The notes under the pieces: generated by a model
The model's database searches: none
What the model was told of the DNA's origin: nothing
Seen by the model: only the letters and a program-made list of their open reading frames with translations
Translations under genes and position numbers: made by a program
Assembly: GCA_045590675.1 (NCBI GenBank)
Contig: JAZNRJ010000040.1
Span: 15,544 to 79,543 of the forward strand
DNA length: 64,000 nucleotides
Direction of reading: 5' to 3'
From: Acutalibacteraceae bacterium
GTDB lineage: Bacteria; Bacillota; Clostridia; Oscillospirales; Acutalibacteraceae
Part shown: one piece after another, positions 8,873 to 18,908 of the stretch
How the letters are laid out: every line of letters begins with the position of its first letter
How positions within the stretch are numbered: position 1 is the stretch's first letter

Positions 8873-11273
8873 ATTTCATTGCGCTGCTGTTAAGAGCATA
8901 GTTGAGAACATATTTTGCGTTTTGTTGGAGCTCACCGAGCGTTATGCCGTTTTCTTTGCCAAGGGTTTTAAGTAAAGTTCCGTCAGGCTTTTTCTTGCCT
9001 GTTCTTCCGCCACCGGGCATAAGAACATTTACGCCTGCTCTTACTCTGTAAGCCTGGTCACAAATCTCGGGGAACTCCGGTGATTTTGATGAACGCATCC
9101 ACCAGTCGGTCATAATGCTGCCGTCAAAACCCCACTCGTTTCTGAGAATGCGTGTGCAAAGCTCATAGTGATAATGCCCCCAAACGCCGTTAATTTTATT
9201 ATACGACGTCATAATGTTACGGGGCTTCGATTCTTTAACGCAGATTTCAAAGCCTTTAAGATAAATTTCACGCAGTGCTCTTTCTGACACTCTTGAATCA
9301 TTATGTGTTCTGTTTGTTTCCTGACTGTTGCAGGCAAAATGCTTCGGGCAAGCCGAAACACCAACACTCTGCAAGCCTTTTACTACTGCGGCAGCAGTTA
9401 AGCCTGCAATAAGCGGATCTTCTGAAAAATATTCAAAGTTTCTGCCGCAAAGAGGACTTCTGTGGATATTCATACCGGGCGCAAGCAAAACATCGGAGCC
9501 AAGGTTTTTCATTTCTTTACCAACCTGCTCGTAAAGCTTTTCAACAAGCTCTTTGTTCCAAGAACAAGCAAGAGTTGCGCCGATAGGCAGCAGAGAAGCT
9601 TTTGCTTTAAGCCTGATTCCCGAAGGGCCATCAGTTGTTGTAACGGAAGGAACGCCCTTCTCTATGAGTGAAGGCAGAACACCGCAGAAAACAGCAGCAT
9701 TGCCGGGCGCACCGAGGGGGCTGTTCATAATATAATCGCCGCGGCTGAGAGCTTCAAGCTCATCATTGCTGAGCGTGGCAACAAAATCGTCAAGAGTAGC
9801 CTTGCCGACTTTAACATCATTAAATGTTATCTTTAAATCAGTCTGAAGAAGCGGCTGAGGAAGATTTTCAAGAATTATCTCTTTAAGCGAATACTTTGCA
9901 AGAGGAACGTCTTTATATTCATATTTTCCGTCAGGCAAAGCTTTGATGCGTTTGAAAGGCTTGACAGGTGCAGCCGTCTGCTTAAGCTGCTCAACAATTG
10001 TTTCTTTTTCAATGCTGATTTCACCGCATTTCGCAGCTGAACGAACATCAAAGCCGAGATAAAAATTATATTTGCCGCTTTCAAGAATATAGGCATAAAG
10101 CTCTTCATCATCATATGAAGCAAGCGAATTAACGCTTACATCAATTGAAATCTTCTGAGTTTTTCCAGGCTCAAGAAGCTCGGTCTTTACAAAACCCGCA
10201 AGAACCCTTGACGGCTTACCGAGCCTTCCGCAAGGAGCTTCAAAATAGAGCTGAACAACCTCTTTGGCAGCATATTTGCCAACATTCTTCACAGTTGCTT
10301 TAACCGCGATTTCATCATTGTTTTGTTCAAACGAAACTGCTGACAACTCAAAATCTGAATATGTAAGACCAAAGCCAAAGGGATAAAGAACCTTGTCTTT
10401 CGCAAATGATTCAAAATATCTGTAACCCACATAGATATCTTCAGTATAATTATTGAACGCTTTTTCACCAAAATCGTTTGATGAGGGGTAATATCCGTAG
10501 CTTTGAGCGATTGTATCGGTCAGCTTACCGCTTGGTGAAACGGCACCGCTGAGAACATCGGCAATAGCGTTGCCCGTTTCCATTCCGATTTGCCAAACAT
10601 AAAGAATTGACGAAATTTTATCACCGTATTCGGCTATCTCCGACATATCCATTATACCGCCGCAATTGAGCAAAAGAACAACCTTTGAAAATGCGCTTGT
10701 AACTTCATTGAGCAAGTTCTTTTCATTATCCGTAAGATAATAACTGCCCTTTTCAAGCTTGTTTTCTCTGTCCTCACCCGCAGCTCTGCCGATAATAACA
10801 ATTGCCGTATCGGATTTTGAAGCAGCCCTTGTGCAAAGCTCACGCGAAACGGACATTTCTTCATAGCACATCGGCCAATGGCCCCAGAAGCCGTCATCAA
10901 CCGGATTTTCGGCACACCATGAAGCATAAACATAAGCAAGCTCTTCATTAACTTTAATGCCTGCATTACGTATACCCTGCATTATATTCACTTTATAAGG
11001 AACCTTAACATCGCCGCCCGAACCGTAGCCAACAAAAAAAGTATCATTCTGAACTCTGCCGAAAACAGAAACATTTTTATTTAAATCAAGCGGTAAAACA
11101 GAACCTGCGTTTTTGAGCATTACAATGCCCTCTGAGCCGATTTGGCGGCAAACTGATTTCATTTCGGGGGCAGGGTCATAATAGGTTGCATCGCCGCCTG
11201 CGGTTACTTCCTGAGTAACGCTGTTAACAACCTTTGAAACAAGCTTCATAACCGATTTTGAAAGCTTATTCAT
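8871..11273 (-). CDS. GH3 beta-glucosidase with reversed domain order
   Basis: The GH3_C block (GIVMLKN..VLPL, GRAAGEDRE, SPSGKL, YPFGFGL) precedes the GH3_N block (DGPSGIR, GRNFEYFSEDP, KHFACN, MTSYN, nucleophile MTDW); start at ATG 11273. Confidence 0.92.
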   Translation of the reverse strand: MNKLSKSVMKLVSKVVNSVTQEVTAGGDATYYDPAPEMKSVCRQIGSEGIVMLKNAGSVLPLDLNKNVSVFGRVQNDTFFVGYGSGGDVKVPYKVNIMQGIRNAGIKVNEELAYVYASWCAENPVDDGFWGHWPMCYEEMSVSRELCTRAASKSDTAIVIIGRAAGEDRENKLEKGSYYLTDNEKNLLNEVTSAFSKVVLLLNCGGIMDMSEIAEYGDKISSILYVWQIGMETGNAIADVLSGAVSPSGKLTDTIAQSYGYYPSSNDFGEKAFNNYTEDIYVGYRYFESFAKDKVLYPFGFGLTYSDFELSAVSFEQNNDEIAVKATVKNVGKYAAKEVVQLYFEAPCGRLGKPSRVLAGFVKTELLEPGKTQKISIDVSVNSLASYDDEELYAYILESGKYNFYLGFDVRSAAKCGEISIEKETIVEQLKQTAAPVKPFKRIKALPDGKYEYKDVPLAKYSLKEIILENLPQPLLQTDLKITFNDVKVGKATLDDFVATLSNDELEALSRGDYIMNSPLGAPGNAAVFCGVLPSLIEKGVPSVTTTDGPSGIRLKAKASLLPIGATLACSWNKELVEKLYEQVGKEMKNLGSDVLLAPGMNIHRSPLCGRNFEYFSEDPLIAGLTAAAVVKGLQSVGVSACPKHFACNSQETNRTHNDSRVSERALREIYLKGFEICVKESKPRNIMTSYNKINGVWGHYHYELCTRILRNEWGFDGSIMTDWWMRSSKSPEFPEICDQAYRVRAGVNVLMPGGGRTGKKKPDGTLLKTLGKENGITLGELQQNAKYVLNYALNSSAMK

Positions 11274-11291
11274 AACAATCACATCCTATTG

Positions 11292-12239
11292 TTAAATTTC
11301 ATTTTGTTTTCTTTCGGCAGTAATAATGCCGTCTTTAACGTTAAGTTTGCAAATACGGGCGTTCCTTCTGTCACCGGGCAAACCGTCATCCTCTGCATTT
11401 CTTGCGTGATAAACAGCATACCATTGGCCGTCATGCTTTATCATTGAATGGTGGCCTGTGCCCTCCTCCCATTCATTGCTTTTAAGTACGGGAGCGTACG
11501 TTTTATCATCAGGGTATTTTTCAAACTTAATTTTTGTTAAATCGGTTTCATTTGTTTTTGCTCTTGAATAGCCGATAAAATATTTTTCATTTTCATAGCA
11601 GGCGCCGCTGTACATAACATACTGCCAATCGCCTTCTTTGAAATAATATGCACCTTCTATTGTATGCCAATGATAACCTTTTTTATATCTGTCATAGCAA
11701 TAAATTTCTTCATCAATTGACGGCACAACAACATCAACGGGCTTACCCTCAACGGTATAAGGGTCAAGCAATCTGTCAACAGCAATATATGTTCCGGGTC
11801 TGTCACAATCAAATCGGTTGGTTGAATAAAATATGAAAAGTCCGCTTTCGTTTTTAACAACGTGGGAATCAATAGAAAATGGGTGCAAAAGTTGTTTTGC
11901 GTTTTCAAACGGACCGAGAGGGCTTTTGCTCGTTGAAACGTGCATCGTCTGCTTATGACCGCCTTCATCGGGAGTATCGCCAAAAAATTCAAACGAACAG
12001 TACATATAGAACATTCCGTCAATTTCAATAACAGACGGTGCCCAGAAATCATAAACCTTAGGATCGGGATAGGTAAAAACCTTGCCTTCAAACTTCCAAC
12101 CTTCAAGAAGCTTATCTGAAGAATAGGCATATATACCATCTTTACCTGTAGTATAAATATAAAACTTACCGTTATGTTTAAGAATAAAAGGGTCAGCCTG
12201 ACCGATATATTTTTCTTTATTAATTTCAAGAAGCTGCAT
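11292..12239 (-). CDS. GH43 glycoside hydrolase
   Basis: ADPFIL (general base), WAPSV, SIDSH and IEG (general acid), plus GTGHHS. Confidence 0.9.
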   Translation of the reverse strand: MQLLEINKEKYIGQADPFILKHNGKFYIYTTGKDGIYAYSSDKLLEGWKFEGKVFTYPDPKVYDFWAPSVIEIDGMFYMYCSFEFFGDTPDEGGHKQTMHVSTSKSPLGPFENAKQLLHPFSIDSHVVKNESGLFIFYSTNRFDCDRPGTYIAVDRLLDPYTVEGKPVDVVVPSIDEEIYCYDRYKKGYHWHTIEGAYYFKEGDWQYVMYSGACYENEKYFIGYSRAKTNETDLTKIKFEKYPDDKTYAPVLKSNEWEEGTGHHSMIKHDGQWYAVYHARNAEDDGLPGDRRNARICKLNVKDGIITAERKQNEI

Positions 12240-12250
12240 TAAAAATCTCC

Positions 12251-12541
12251 TTATAATTCATAGTCAACCGCAACGCTTGCTTCACGAACAGCATGCATAT
12301 AGGTTTTAACAACAGAGCAATGATAAGGGTCATTCTGATAGTTTTCAAGCTCGGCTGCTGATTCAAGTACAACCTGGAGAATAATATCATATGAACGCTC
12401 GGAGCCGAGAAAATCAACGCCGACTTCGATATCTCTTATCTGAGGAACATTATCTTTCATTGAAAGCAAAACTTCCTTTGCCTTTTGGCATTGCTCCGAA
12501 CTGTTATCTTTAAGTTTAAAACAAACAATATGCTTAATCAT
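12251..12541 (-). CDS. Dabb (stress-responsive A/B barrel) protein
   Basis: MIKHIVCFKLK, YQNDPYH and VAVDY motifs; start at ATG 12541. Confidence 0.85.
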   Translation of the reverse strand: MIKHIVCFKLKDNSSEQCQKAKEVLLSMKDNVPQIRDIEVGVDFLGSERSYDIILQVVLESAAELENYQNDPYHCSVVKTYMHAVREASVAVDYEL

Positions 12542-12596
12542 TTCAGTTCTCCTTCGATTTTTATTTATAATAACATAATAAATATATTTTGGCAAT

Positions 12597-12626
12597 AAAA
12601 AACCGCTGAAGCCTAAACTTCAGCGG
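12597..12626 (-). terminator. Intrinsic terminator after the phosphoesterase gene
   Basis: CCGCTGAAG/CTTCAGCGG stem with a U tract on the minus strand. Confidence 0.7.
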
Positions 12627-12633
12627 CATATTT

Positions 12634-14061
12634 TTAACCAAAAAGAACATCAAAGAAGTTAACTTCAAACCCGTTATCGGTGAGGTCTGAATAAACATTG
12701 ATGTTATTGAACACGGCATATATCGTTCCTATAAATCTGATTATTGAATTATAGAACGGAATATACTTATCGGGATGGCCTCCGTTATTTGAGGTTTTAA
12801 CAATTTCAAAAGAATTGAAAGCTTCATCGTTCCCCTGATAATATGAAGAAACGGTTATTGACTCCTCTGTGAAATCAAGAATATTATAAATAGCCTGATC
12901 ATCAGGAACATTGGCAAAGCCAATCCATTCTTCGTTAAGGCCGATATCTTCATCATCTCTGGGTCTTGTTATCGAACCTGAAACCATATATACAGTGCCC
13001 TCATTATCGGTCATAACAGGTGCATAATCGGCAACAGTTTTGTTGTTATAAAGAACGTTGGTTACTGTATAATAATGGCTGTGACCAAGAAGAAAAAGGT
13101 CAATAGCAAATTCATCGCAAATCGGTGCCCACAGCAATCTGAGAAGCTCATTTTCACTCTCTCTGTGAGGAATTCTGCCGCTGTAAAGGTCGTGATGAGC
13201 AACCATAACGCGCCATTTAACATCGGGGTTAGCTTCAACAGCTTCTTTAACAAATCTTCTGTGGTCCATACCGCTGGCGTTGTTGGTATCAACGTGGAGG
13301 AAAAGAACGTTTCCCCTTGTGTACCAATAGTTACCTCCTACATATGAAGAAACCATTGCATCGTATTCATTGGGAACGTTGTTGAAAGTAGCGTATTCAA
13401 CGCCCTTGCGGTCGTGGTTACCGATTGAGGTTGCAACGGGAATGCTCTTTAATGCGAGACATGAAGACAACCCTTTGTATTCAGTTTCATAGCCCTCAGA
13501 TGCCTGATCGCCTGCTGAAATAAGAAGCGAAGGATTATACTTTTCAACAGCTTCAGCCATAACAGAATTAAACTTATTTGCAGTTGATTTGATTGATTCG
13601 GGGTCTTCGTTGCTGTGTGAAATATGAATATCTGTCATATAAACCGCTGAAAATTCGCTCGGATTTGCATCTGTTTTAAAAGTATAGGTTTGAGATTTAA
13701 AACCATCACTGATGCAATAATAATCATAAGTCTTACCGGGTTCGAGACCGGTGATTGTTACTTTATTTGCATAATCACCGCCTGAAGCCTTAACACAATA
13801 ACCTTCAAAAGTATCACATTCATTTGTAGCTGCATCAGCTTGGCTCACAATTACCTGAGGCTTACTTTCGGTTGCTGAATACCAGGAAACGTTCATCTCA
13901 GATTCATCCGATCCGGGAAAAAGGATAACACCGTTTTCGTATTCAGCTTCCCAGGTGCTTTGCCAAAGCTCGTCATCGGCATAAGCAAAAGCTGAAGTTG
14001 CGCAAGAGATAACAATAAGAAGCGAAAGTACAAGAGAGATAATTTTTTTTGTTGATTTCAT
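12634..14061 (-). CDS. Secreted purple-acid-phosphatase-like metallophosphoesterase with an FN3-like N-domain
   Basis: Signal peptide; TDIH, AGDQ, GNHD, HH and GHSH metal motifs; VTITGLEPGKTYDY. Confidence 0.88.
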   Translation of the reverse strand: MKSTKKIISLVLSLLIVISCATSAFAYADDELWQSTWEAEYENGVILFPGSDESEMNVSWYSATESKPQVIVSQADAATNECDTFEGYCVKASGGDYANKVTITGLEPGKTYDYYCISDGFKSQTYTFKTDANPSEFSAVYMTDIHISHSNEDPESIKSTANKFNSVMAEAVEKYNPSLLISAGDQASEGYETEYKGLSSCLALKSIPVATSIGNHDRKGVEYATFNNVPNEYDAMVSSYVGGNYWYTRGNVLFLHVDTNNASGMDHRRFVKEAVEANPDVKWRVMVAHHDLYSGRIPHRESENELLRLLWAPICDEFAIDLFLLGHSHYYTVTNVLYNNKTVADYAPVMTDNEGTVYMVSGSITRPRDDEDIGLNEEWIGFANVPDDQAIYNILDFTEESITVSSYYQGNDEAFNSFEIVKTSNNGGHPDKYIPFYNSIIRFIGTIYAVFNNINVYSDLTDNGFEVNFFDVLFG

Positions 14062-14103
14062 AAAGCAGTTCCTTTCTTTTTTGATTATTATACTTTTTGA
14101 ATT

Positions 14104-14715
14104 TCAGCGTGTATAAACGATAATCAGTGTTCCGTTCTCAACACTGACCGAGCTTTCTTTGCCGATAAACTCATTGCTTACGCCAAGAGCAAAGCTGTTT
14201 TTCATTTCAGCATTTTCAAGCTCATATTTTAATCCTTTTACAGAAACGCCCTTGCTTGTATCCGAATGAGAAAAAACCGAAATAAATCCGCTGTTTTCGG
14301 AAGTGAAAACAATTGAAGAATTATGCAGAGCGGTGATAACCGTATCACCGTCAAAAATAAAAGCTTTTTTACCGTTATCAGCAAGGGATGCTATCAGCTG
14401 AATATTGGCAAAAGTATGGTCAATTCTTCCACCGCAGGCACCGTAAAAATAAAAGCAATCACAACCTGCATCAACAGCAACATTCACAGCTGCGTGCATA
14501 TCCGTAATGTCTTTTTCAGGCTTTAATCTTAAAACATTTCCTTTATCCGGAACATATCCGAGCGAATCAAAATCGCCGATTATAACATCGGGCTCAACGA
14601 CAGCCTGTTTAAGATATTTCAAACCTCCGTCAGCGGCTATTACTAAAGAAAAATCATCTTTAGTTATGTTAATTTCACGGCAATCACCGGCACCGACAAT
14701 GCAGCATTTTTTCAT
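14104..14715 (-). CDS. thiN: Thiamine diphosphokinase
   Basis: IAADGG, GDFDS, KDITD, GGRIDH and GVSNE motifs. Confidence 0.93.
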   Translation of the reverse strand: MKKCCIVGAGDCREINITKDDFSLVIAADGGLKYLKQAVVEPDVIIGDFDSLGYVPDKGNVLRLKPEKDITDMHAAVNVAVDAGCDCFYFYGACGGRIDHTFANIQLIASLADNGKKAFIFDGDTVITALHNSSIVFTSENSGFISVFSHSDTSKGVSVKGLKYELENAEMKNSFALGVSNEFIGKESSVSVENGTLIIVYTR

Positions 14716-14741
14716 AAAGCACCTCATTTGTTGATGAGATA

Positions 14742-14810
14742 ATTTTATATTTAAAAACTGAATATGTCAAGAGCATTTTAATTGACACTGTTTTTTAGAT
14801 ATTATATAAT
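14742..14810. promoter_or_regulatory. Back-to-back sigmaA promoters for thiN and the histidine phosphatase gene
   Basis: Plus strand: TTGACA 14782-14787, 17 bp, TATAAT 14805-14810. Minus strand: TTGACA 14765-14770, 17 bp, TAAAAT 14742-14747. Confidence 0.8.
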
Positions 14811-14834
14811 TAACTGAAACAAGGAGTGATAACA

Positions 14835-15515
14835 ATGGAAAAACACAATCCTATTCCACAGCTTGAGCTTTATATAATCCGTCACGGCGAAAGCGTTGGG
14901 AATGTAGGTTACGGAAGAGACAATTTAACGTTAAAAGAAGCCTGCGACCCTGTTTTGACCCCAAAAGGTGAAAGCCAGGCAGACCTTTTAGGCAAATACT
15001 TGAGCAAAATTGATTTTGATGCTGTTTATTCAAGCGGACTTATAAGAGCAATTCAAACAGCAAAAGGCATTCTTAATCACCAAAGAAAAGAAAAGCCGCT
15101 TAATATTCTGCCTTATGTTACGGAGCTTAGTGTAACTCCCGAATACAGCGGAATTTCAAAAGACGAACTGAACGAACTTTGTCCGCTTTCAGCTTTAGCA
15201 GAAGGTTTAGATACCGACTCACCTTTTATTGCATACACACCCGGCAAAGACAAAGAACTGATAAATAATAGGTGTGATGACACAATCAGATATATGACTG
15301 AAAAATATAAAGAAGGTGAAAAGGTTGCCCTTGTATCACACGCAGCTTTTATGACCAACCTTATTTTCAGAATTATGGGTCTCAACGAAGACCCCGCCTT
15401 TGACATTGACATTGATAACACCGGCATAACCAAAGTTACATATTTTAAAAAAGGAACCAATAAATACGGTGATATAACTTTCAATGTTATAAATTCAACA
15501 ACACATCTTGAATAA
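14835..15515 (+). CDS. Histidine phosphatase family protein
   Basis: IIRHGES, LTPKG..QA, YSS...RA.QTA and LVSHA motifs. Confidence 0.9.
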   Translation: MEKHNPIPQLELYIIRHGESVGNVGYGRDNLTLKEACDPVLTPKGESQADLLGKYLSKIDFDAVYSSGLIRAIQTAKGILNHQRKEKPLNILPYVTELSVTPEYSGISKDELNELCPLSALAEGLDTDSPFIAYTPGKDKELINNRCDDTIRYMTEKYKEGEKVALVSHAAFMTNLIFRIMGLNEDPAFDIDIDNTGITKVTYFKKGTNKYGDITFNVINSTTHLE

Positions 15516-15516
15516 G

Positions 15517-15554
15517 AAAAATACCTGCTGCATCTAAATTCAGCAGGTATTTTC
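15517..15554. terminator. Bidirectional terminator
   Basis: AAAAATACCTGCTG/CAGCAGGTATTTT. Confidence 0.8.
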
Positions 15555-15555
15555 T

Positions 15556-16026
15556 TCAGTTTAAAACAGCAATTCCGAAATTAAGATAACCTGCAAAAGT
15601 TACCCATAAAAAATAAGGAATTAAGAGCAATGCCGATAGTTTTGAAATTTTGCCAAAAAGAACGGTTGTTATAATAATCAGAACCCAAAGAATCAAAAGC
15701 CAGATGAACGCAATGCCGTAAAGCGAAAAATTAAAGAACAAAATTGACCATAAAAAATTAAAAAAGAGCTGAACTCCGTAAAAAGTGAGGGCATTAATTA
15801 TATCCTTATGACTTGAATCGGATTCAAGTACAAGATACGAAGCAATACCCATAAAGATATACAGAACAGTCCAAACAACAGGAAAAAGCCAACCTGGCGG
15901 CGAAAGCGGCGGTTTGTTAATTTGCTCAAATGCCTCCATTCCGCCACCTGATATCAAAGCGGATAATCCTCCGACCGCAAGCGGAATCGCAATGCAAACC
16001 AATAGCCTTTTAAAATTGATTTTCAT
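15556..16026 (-). CDS. tspO: TspO/MBR tryptophan-rich sensory protein
   Basis: KPPLSPPGWLFPVVWTVLY, NFLWSILFF and PYFLWVTFAGYLN motifs. Confidence 0.93.
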   Translation of the reverse strand: MKINFKRLLVCIAIPLAVGGLSALISGGGMEAFEQINKPPLSPPGWLFPVVWTVLYIFMGIASYLVLESDSSHKDIINALTFYGVQLFFNFLWSILFFNFSLYGIAFIWLLILWVLIIITTVLFGKISKLSALLLIPYFLWVTFAGYLNFGIAVLN

Positions 16027-16049
16027 ACTATCACCCCAAAATAATATAT

Positions 16050-16085
16050 GCCCGAAATGAGCATTTATAACTGCTCATTTCGGGC
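16050..16085 (-). terminator. Strong hairpin after the MFS gene (probable terminator)
   Basis: GCCCGAAATGAGCA/TGCTCATTTCGGGC perfect 14-bp stem; the U tract is weak. Confidence 0.6.
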
Positions 16086-16091
16086 TGAAAA

Positions 16092-17474
16092 TCAATAATA
16101 TTTTTTCATATCCGAGAGTTTGGCTTGGCAATCCTCTTTTGATATTTCGCCATTGTTGCATTGCGACATAAGCCTTACATCTTTATCTCTCAGCTTATAG
16201 AAGCAAAGAAGAATCGGAATTGCAACTGCAGAGCCGATTGAGGCAAAAAGAGTGAACATAAACCATACGGCATTTGTTCCCTGCTGAGTAACATTTGTTG
16301 AATCAAAGCCCATCGCACTTATCATAGCCATTGAAAGCGAAGTTACAATTGCCGCAACAAGCTTGTTAACAAAAGTCTGAACCGAAAAGCTTATGCCGTC
16401 ATTTCTTTGACCGCTTTTATAATGGCCATACTCAACACAGTCGGGAGTAAACATTGCGCCGAGAACTGTCATACCGCCAAGACCAATGCCTTTGATAACA
16501 AGAGTTATAATAAGCAAAGGCATATTTTCATATCCGATAAAATACTGGATAAATGAAATCAAACAATATAGACTCACAGCACCTACATAGAGATAGAATT
16601 TATCAATTTTTCTTGTTAACTTAGGGATAACAAGAGCATCAATTAGAATTGGACCCATAACAGCAACCAAAAGACCCGTTGCGAGCGTTTCGTTGCCGAG
16701 AACATACTGGCAGAATATCGGGTTAAGAACCTGAATTGTATTTGTAACGTTAATTATAAATACACAGCAATAAAAGACGAGCAAGAACTTGTTGCCTGCA
16801 AAGCCCTTTAAAATTGAGCCGACGGAGCGTTGCTCTTCAATTGTAGCGTGGCTTCTTTCTTTAACAGTAAAACAAATAGGAAGCATAAGAGCAAAACCGA
16901 TTGAACAAACGATTGCAGCCGTAACAAACCAACCAAGATTAAGTCCGTTTTCACCGTACATAAGCGGAACGGCAACCATAGGGATAAACGAGCCGAGAGT
17001 CCCGGTAAAACGGCTCATTGAATATATTGAAGCTCTTTCCTGAATATCAGATGTCATAGTTGTTGCAAGGGCAAAAATCGGAGCATCACACATCGTGTAT
17101 GACATATCCCAGAGAATATAAGCAACTATAACCCACACAGATTTTGCCGTATCTGAAATAGTTGAAGGCATCGCAAACAAAGCAACAGTTGTTATAGGAA
17201 TTAAAACAACAGAAAGCTTAATCCAAGGCAAAAACCTGCCTTTTTTCATCTTTAACTTATCAATAATTACGCCAAAAATCGGGTCATTCACAGCATCCCA
17301 CACCTTTGGCGCAAGCAAAACAGCAGCGATTGCAGCTTCATTCATACCGTTATTGAGCAAATAAGTCGCAACATATGTTGTTACAAAAGTGTAAAAAATA
17401 TTCTGTGCAAAATAATATAATCCGTAGCCAAAACGTTCTTTAGGCGCCGATTGATAATTGAAATTTTTACTCAT
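16092..17474 (-). CDS. GPH-family (MelB-like) MFS sugar:cation symporter
   Basis: VWDAVNDPIFGVIIDK, GRFLPW, DCVEYG..K.G.R.DG and about 12 TM segments. Confidence 0.9.
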   Translation of the reverse strand: MSKNFNYQSAPKERFGYGLYYFAQNIFYTFVTTYVATYLLNNGMNEAAIAAVLLAPKVWDAVNDPIFGVIIDKLKMKKGRFLPWIKLSVVLIPITTVALFAMPSTISDTAKSVWVIVAYILWDMSYTMCDAPIFALATTMTSDIQERASIYSMSRFTGTLGSFIPMVAVPLMYGENGLNLGWFVTAAIVCSIGFALMLPICFTVKERSHATIEEQRSVGSILKGFAGNKFLLVFYCCVFIINVTNTIQVLNPIFCQYVLGNETLATGLLVAVMGPILIDALVIPKLTRKIDKFYLYVGAVSLYCLISFIQYFIGYENMPLLIITLVIKGIGLGGMTVLGAMFTPDCVEYGHYKSGQRNDGISFSVQTFVNKLVAAIVTSLSMAMISAMGFDSTNVTQQGTNAVWFMFTLFASIGSAVAIPILLCFYKLRDKDVRLMSQCNNGEISKEDCQAKLSDMKKYY

Positions 17475-17500
17475 ATAGCCCTCCGTTTAAATATGTTCTG

Positions 17501-17529
17501 TTGACATAAGAATTAATAAATGATAAAAT
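17501..17529 (+). promoter_or_regulatory. sigmaA promoter of the Crp/Fnr gene
   Basis: TTGACA, 17 bp, TAAAAT with an extended TG. Confidence 0.7.
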
Positions 17530-17565
17530 TATATAAAGTGTTATTTGCAACAAGGATGTGACATT

Positions 17566-18228
17566 ATGCACAAATATCTGAACATAATAAAAGTTTGTGA
17601 ACTGTTCAGCGGAATGGAAGAAAATGAGATTGTCAGATTTTTGAAATGCAGCAAAGCAAAGGTTGTTAAATATGATAAGTCTGAAATAATCTGTCTTGCC
17701 GGTAACAGTGCAAATTCGGCAGGCGTTGTTTTAAGCGGCAGAATATATCTTGAAAGCAATGATTTTCTGGGTAACAAATCAATAGTATCCGAGTTCACGG
17801 CCGGCAGATGTTTTGGCGAAAACTATGCATTTGCGCCCACAAATGAATTGCCGTTCAATATTGTTGCCAAAGAAAAAAGCGAAATACTGTTTTTTGATAT
17901 TCACCGCTTGATTAATCCTTGCGAAAAAAACTGTTCATGCCACATAAAGCTTACCAAAAACCTGCTTTCTTCACTTGCGGAAAAGCATTGCGAAATGAAC
18001 GAAAAAATAACGCATCTTACCAAACGTTCAACAAGAGAAAAGCTGACTTCTTACCTTTCGGAACAGTCAAAAAAGCAAAAGAGTGCGACAGTGACAATAC
18101 CGTTTAACCGTCAGGAATTGGCAGACTATCTTTCGGTTGAAAGAAGCGCAATGTCAAAGGAACTTTCGAGAATGAAAAATGACGGAATTATTGATTTTAA
18201 AGGCAACGAATTCAAGCTTAAAATTTAA
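17566..18228 (+). CDS. Crp/Fnr family transcriptional regulator
   Basis: cNMP-binding-like N-domain (VLSGRI, FGE) and HTH IPFNRQELADYLSVERSAMSKELSRM. Confidence 0.92.
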   Translation: MHKYLNIIKVCELFSGMEENEIVRFLKCSKAKVVKYDKSEIICLAGNSANSAGVVLSGRIYLESNDFLGNKSIVSEFTAGRCFGENYAFAPTNELPFNIVAKEKSEILFFDIHRLINPCEKNCSCHIKLTKNLLSSLAEKHCEMNEKITHLTKRSTREKLTSYLSEQSKKQKSATVTIPFNRQELADYLSVERSAMSKELSRMKNDGIIDFKGNEFKLKI

Positions 18229-18836
18229 AGATCTATTTTTCTGTTTTTGTTATAATAAATCTTATCGTGTTCTCCGATTTCACGCATAACTCTGCAAGGA
18301 TTGCCGAACGCAACAACATTTGGCGGTATATCCCTTGTAACTACACTGCCTGCGCCTATAACCGAATTATCGCCAATTGTAATTCCGGGCATAACAATTG
18401 CACCGGCACCTATCCATACATTTTTACCGATATGAACATCAAGATTATACTGATAAGCCTTTTCGCGCAGTTCAGGATCAATAGGATGCCCTGCCGTTGA
18501 GATAACAACGTTCGGTGCAAACATACAGTAATCGCCGACATAAATATGAGCATCGTCAACAAGTGTCAGATTGAAATTCGCATAAACGCTGTTGCCGAAA
18601 TGAACGTGCTTACCACCAAAATTAGAATGAAGAGGAGGCTCTATATAGCAGTTCTCCCCTATTTCTGCAAACATATCTTTTAGCATTTCATTACGTTTAT
18701 CTGTTTCAGACGGTTTTGTGTTATTGAAATACCATAATTTTTCAAGGCAGGCTTGCTGTTCCTTAACAATTTCTTCATCGTTGGGCCAGTAAATCCTGCC
18801 GCTTTCCATTCGTTCACGTGCTTCTTTTGAGTCCAT
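18225..18836 (-). CDS. Sugar O-acetyltransferase (maltose/galactoside type)
   Basis: Hexapeptide repeats, IEPPLHSNFGG and VAFGNPCRV. Confidence 0.92.
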   Translation of the reverse strand: MDSKEARERMESGRIYWPNDEEIVKEQQACLEKLWYFNNTKPSETDKRNEMLKDMFAEIGENCYIEPPLHSNFGGKHVHFGNSVYANFNLTLVDDAHIYVGDYCMFAPNVVISTAGHPIDPELREKAYQYNLDVHIGKNVWIGAGAIVMPGITIGDNSVIGAGSVVTRDIPPNVVAFGNPCRVMREIGEHDKIYYNKNRKIDL

Positions 18837-18908
18837 AATAACCTCCACAAGGATTTTAATTATTTTAACATATTAACTCAGCACCGTCAACTTTTCAGAA
18901 TTGAAAAA

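Noticed and set aside
11657-12229. 190-aa alternative-frame ORF
   Set aside because: It overlaps the well-supported GH43 on the same strand and has no protein-like motifs.
14716-14765. TPP riboswitch upstream of thiN
   Set aside because: The leader is too short and lacks the CUGAGA signature.
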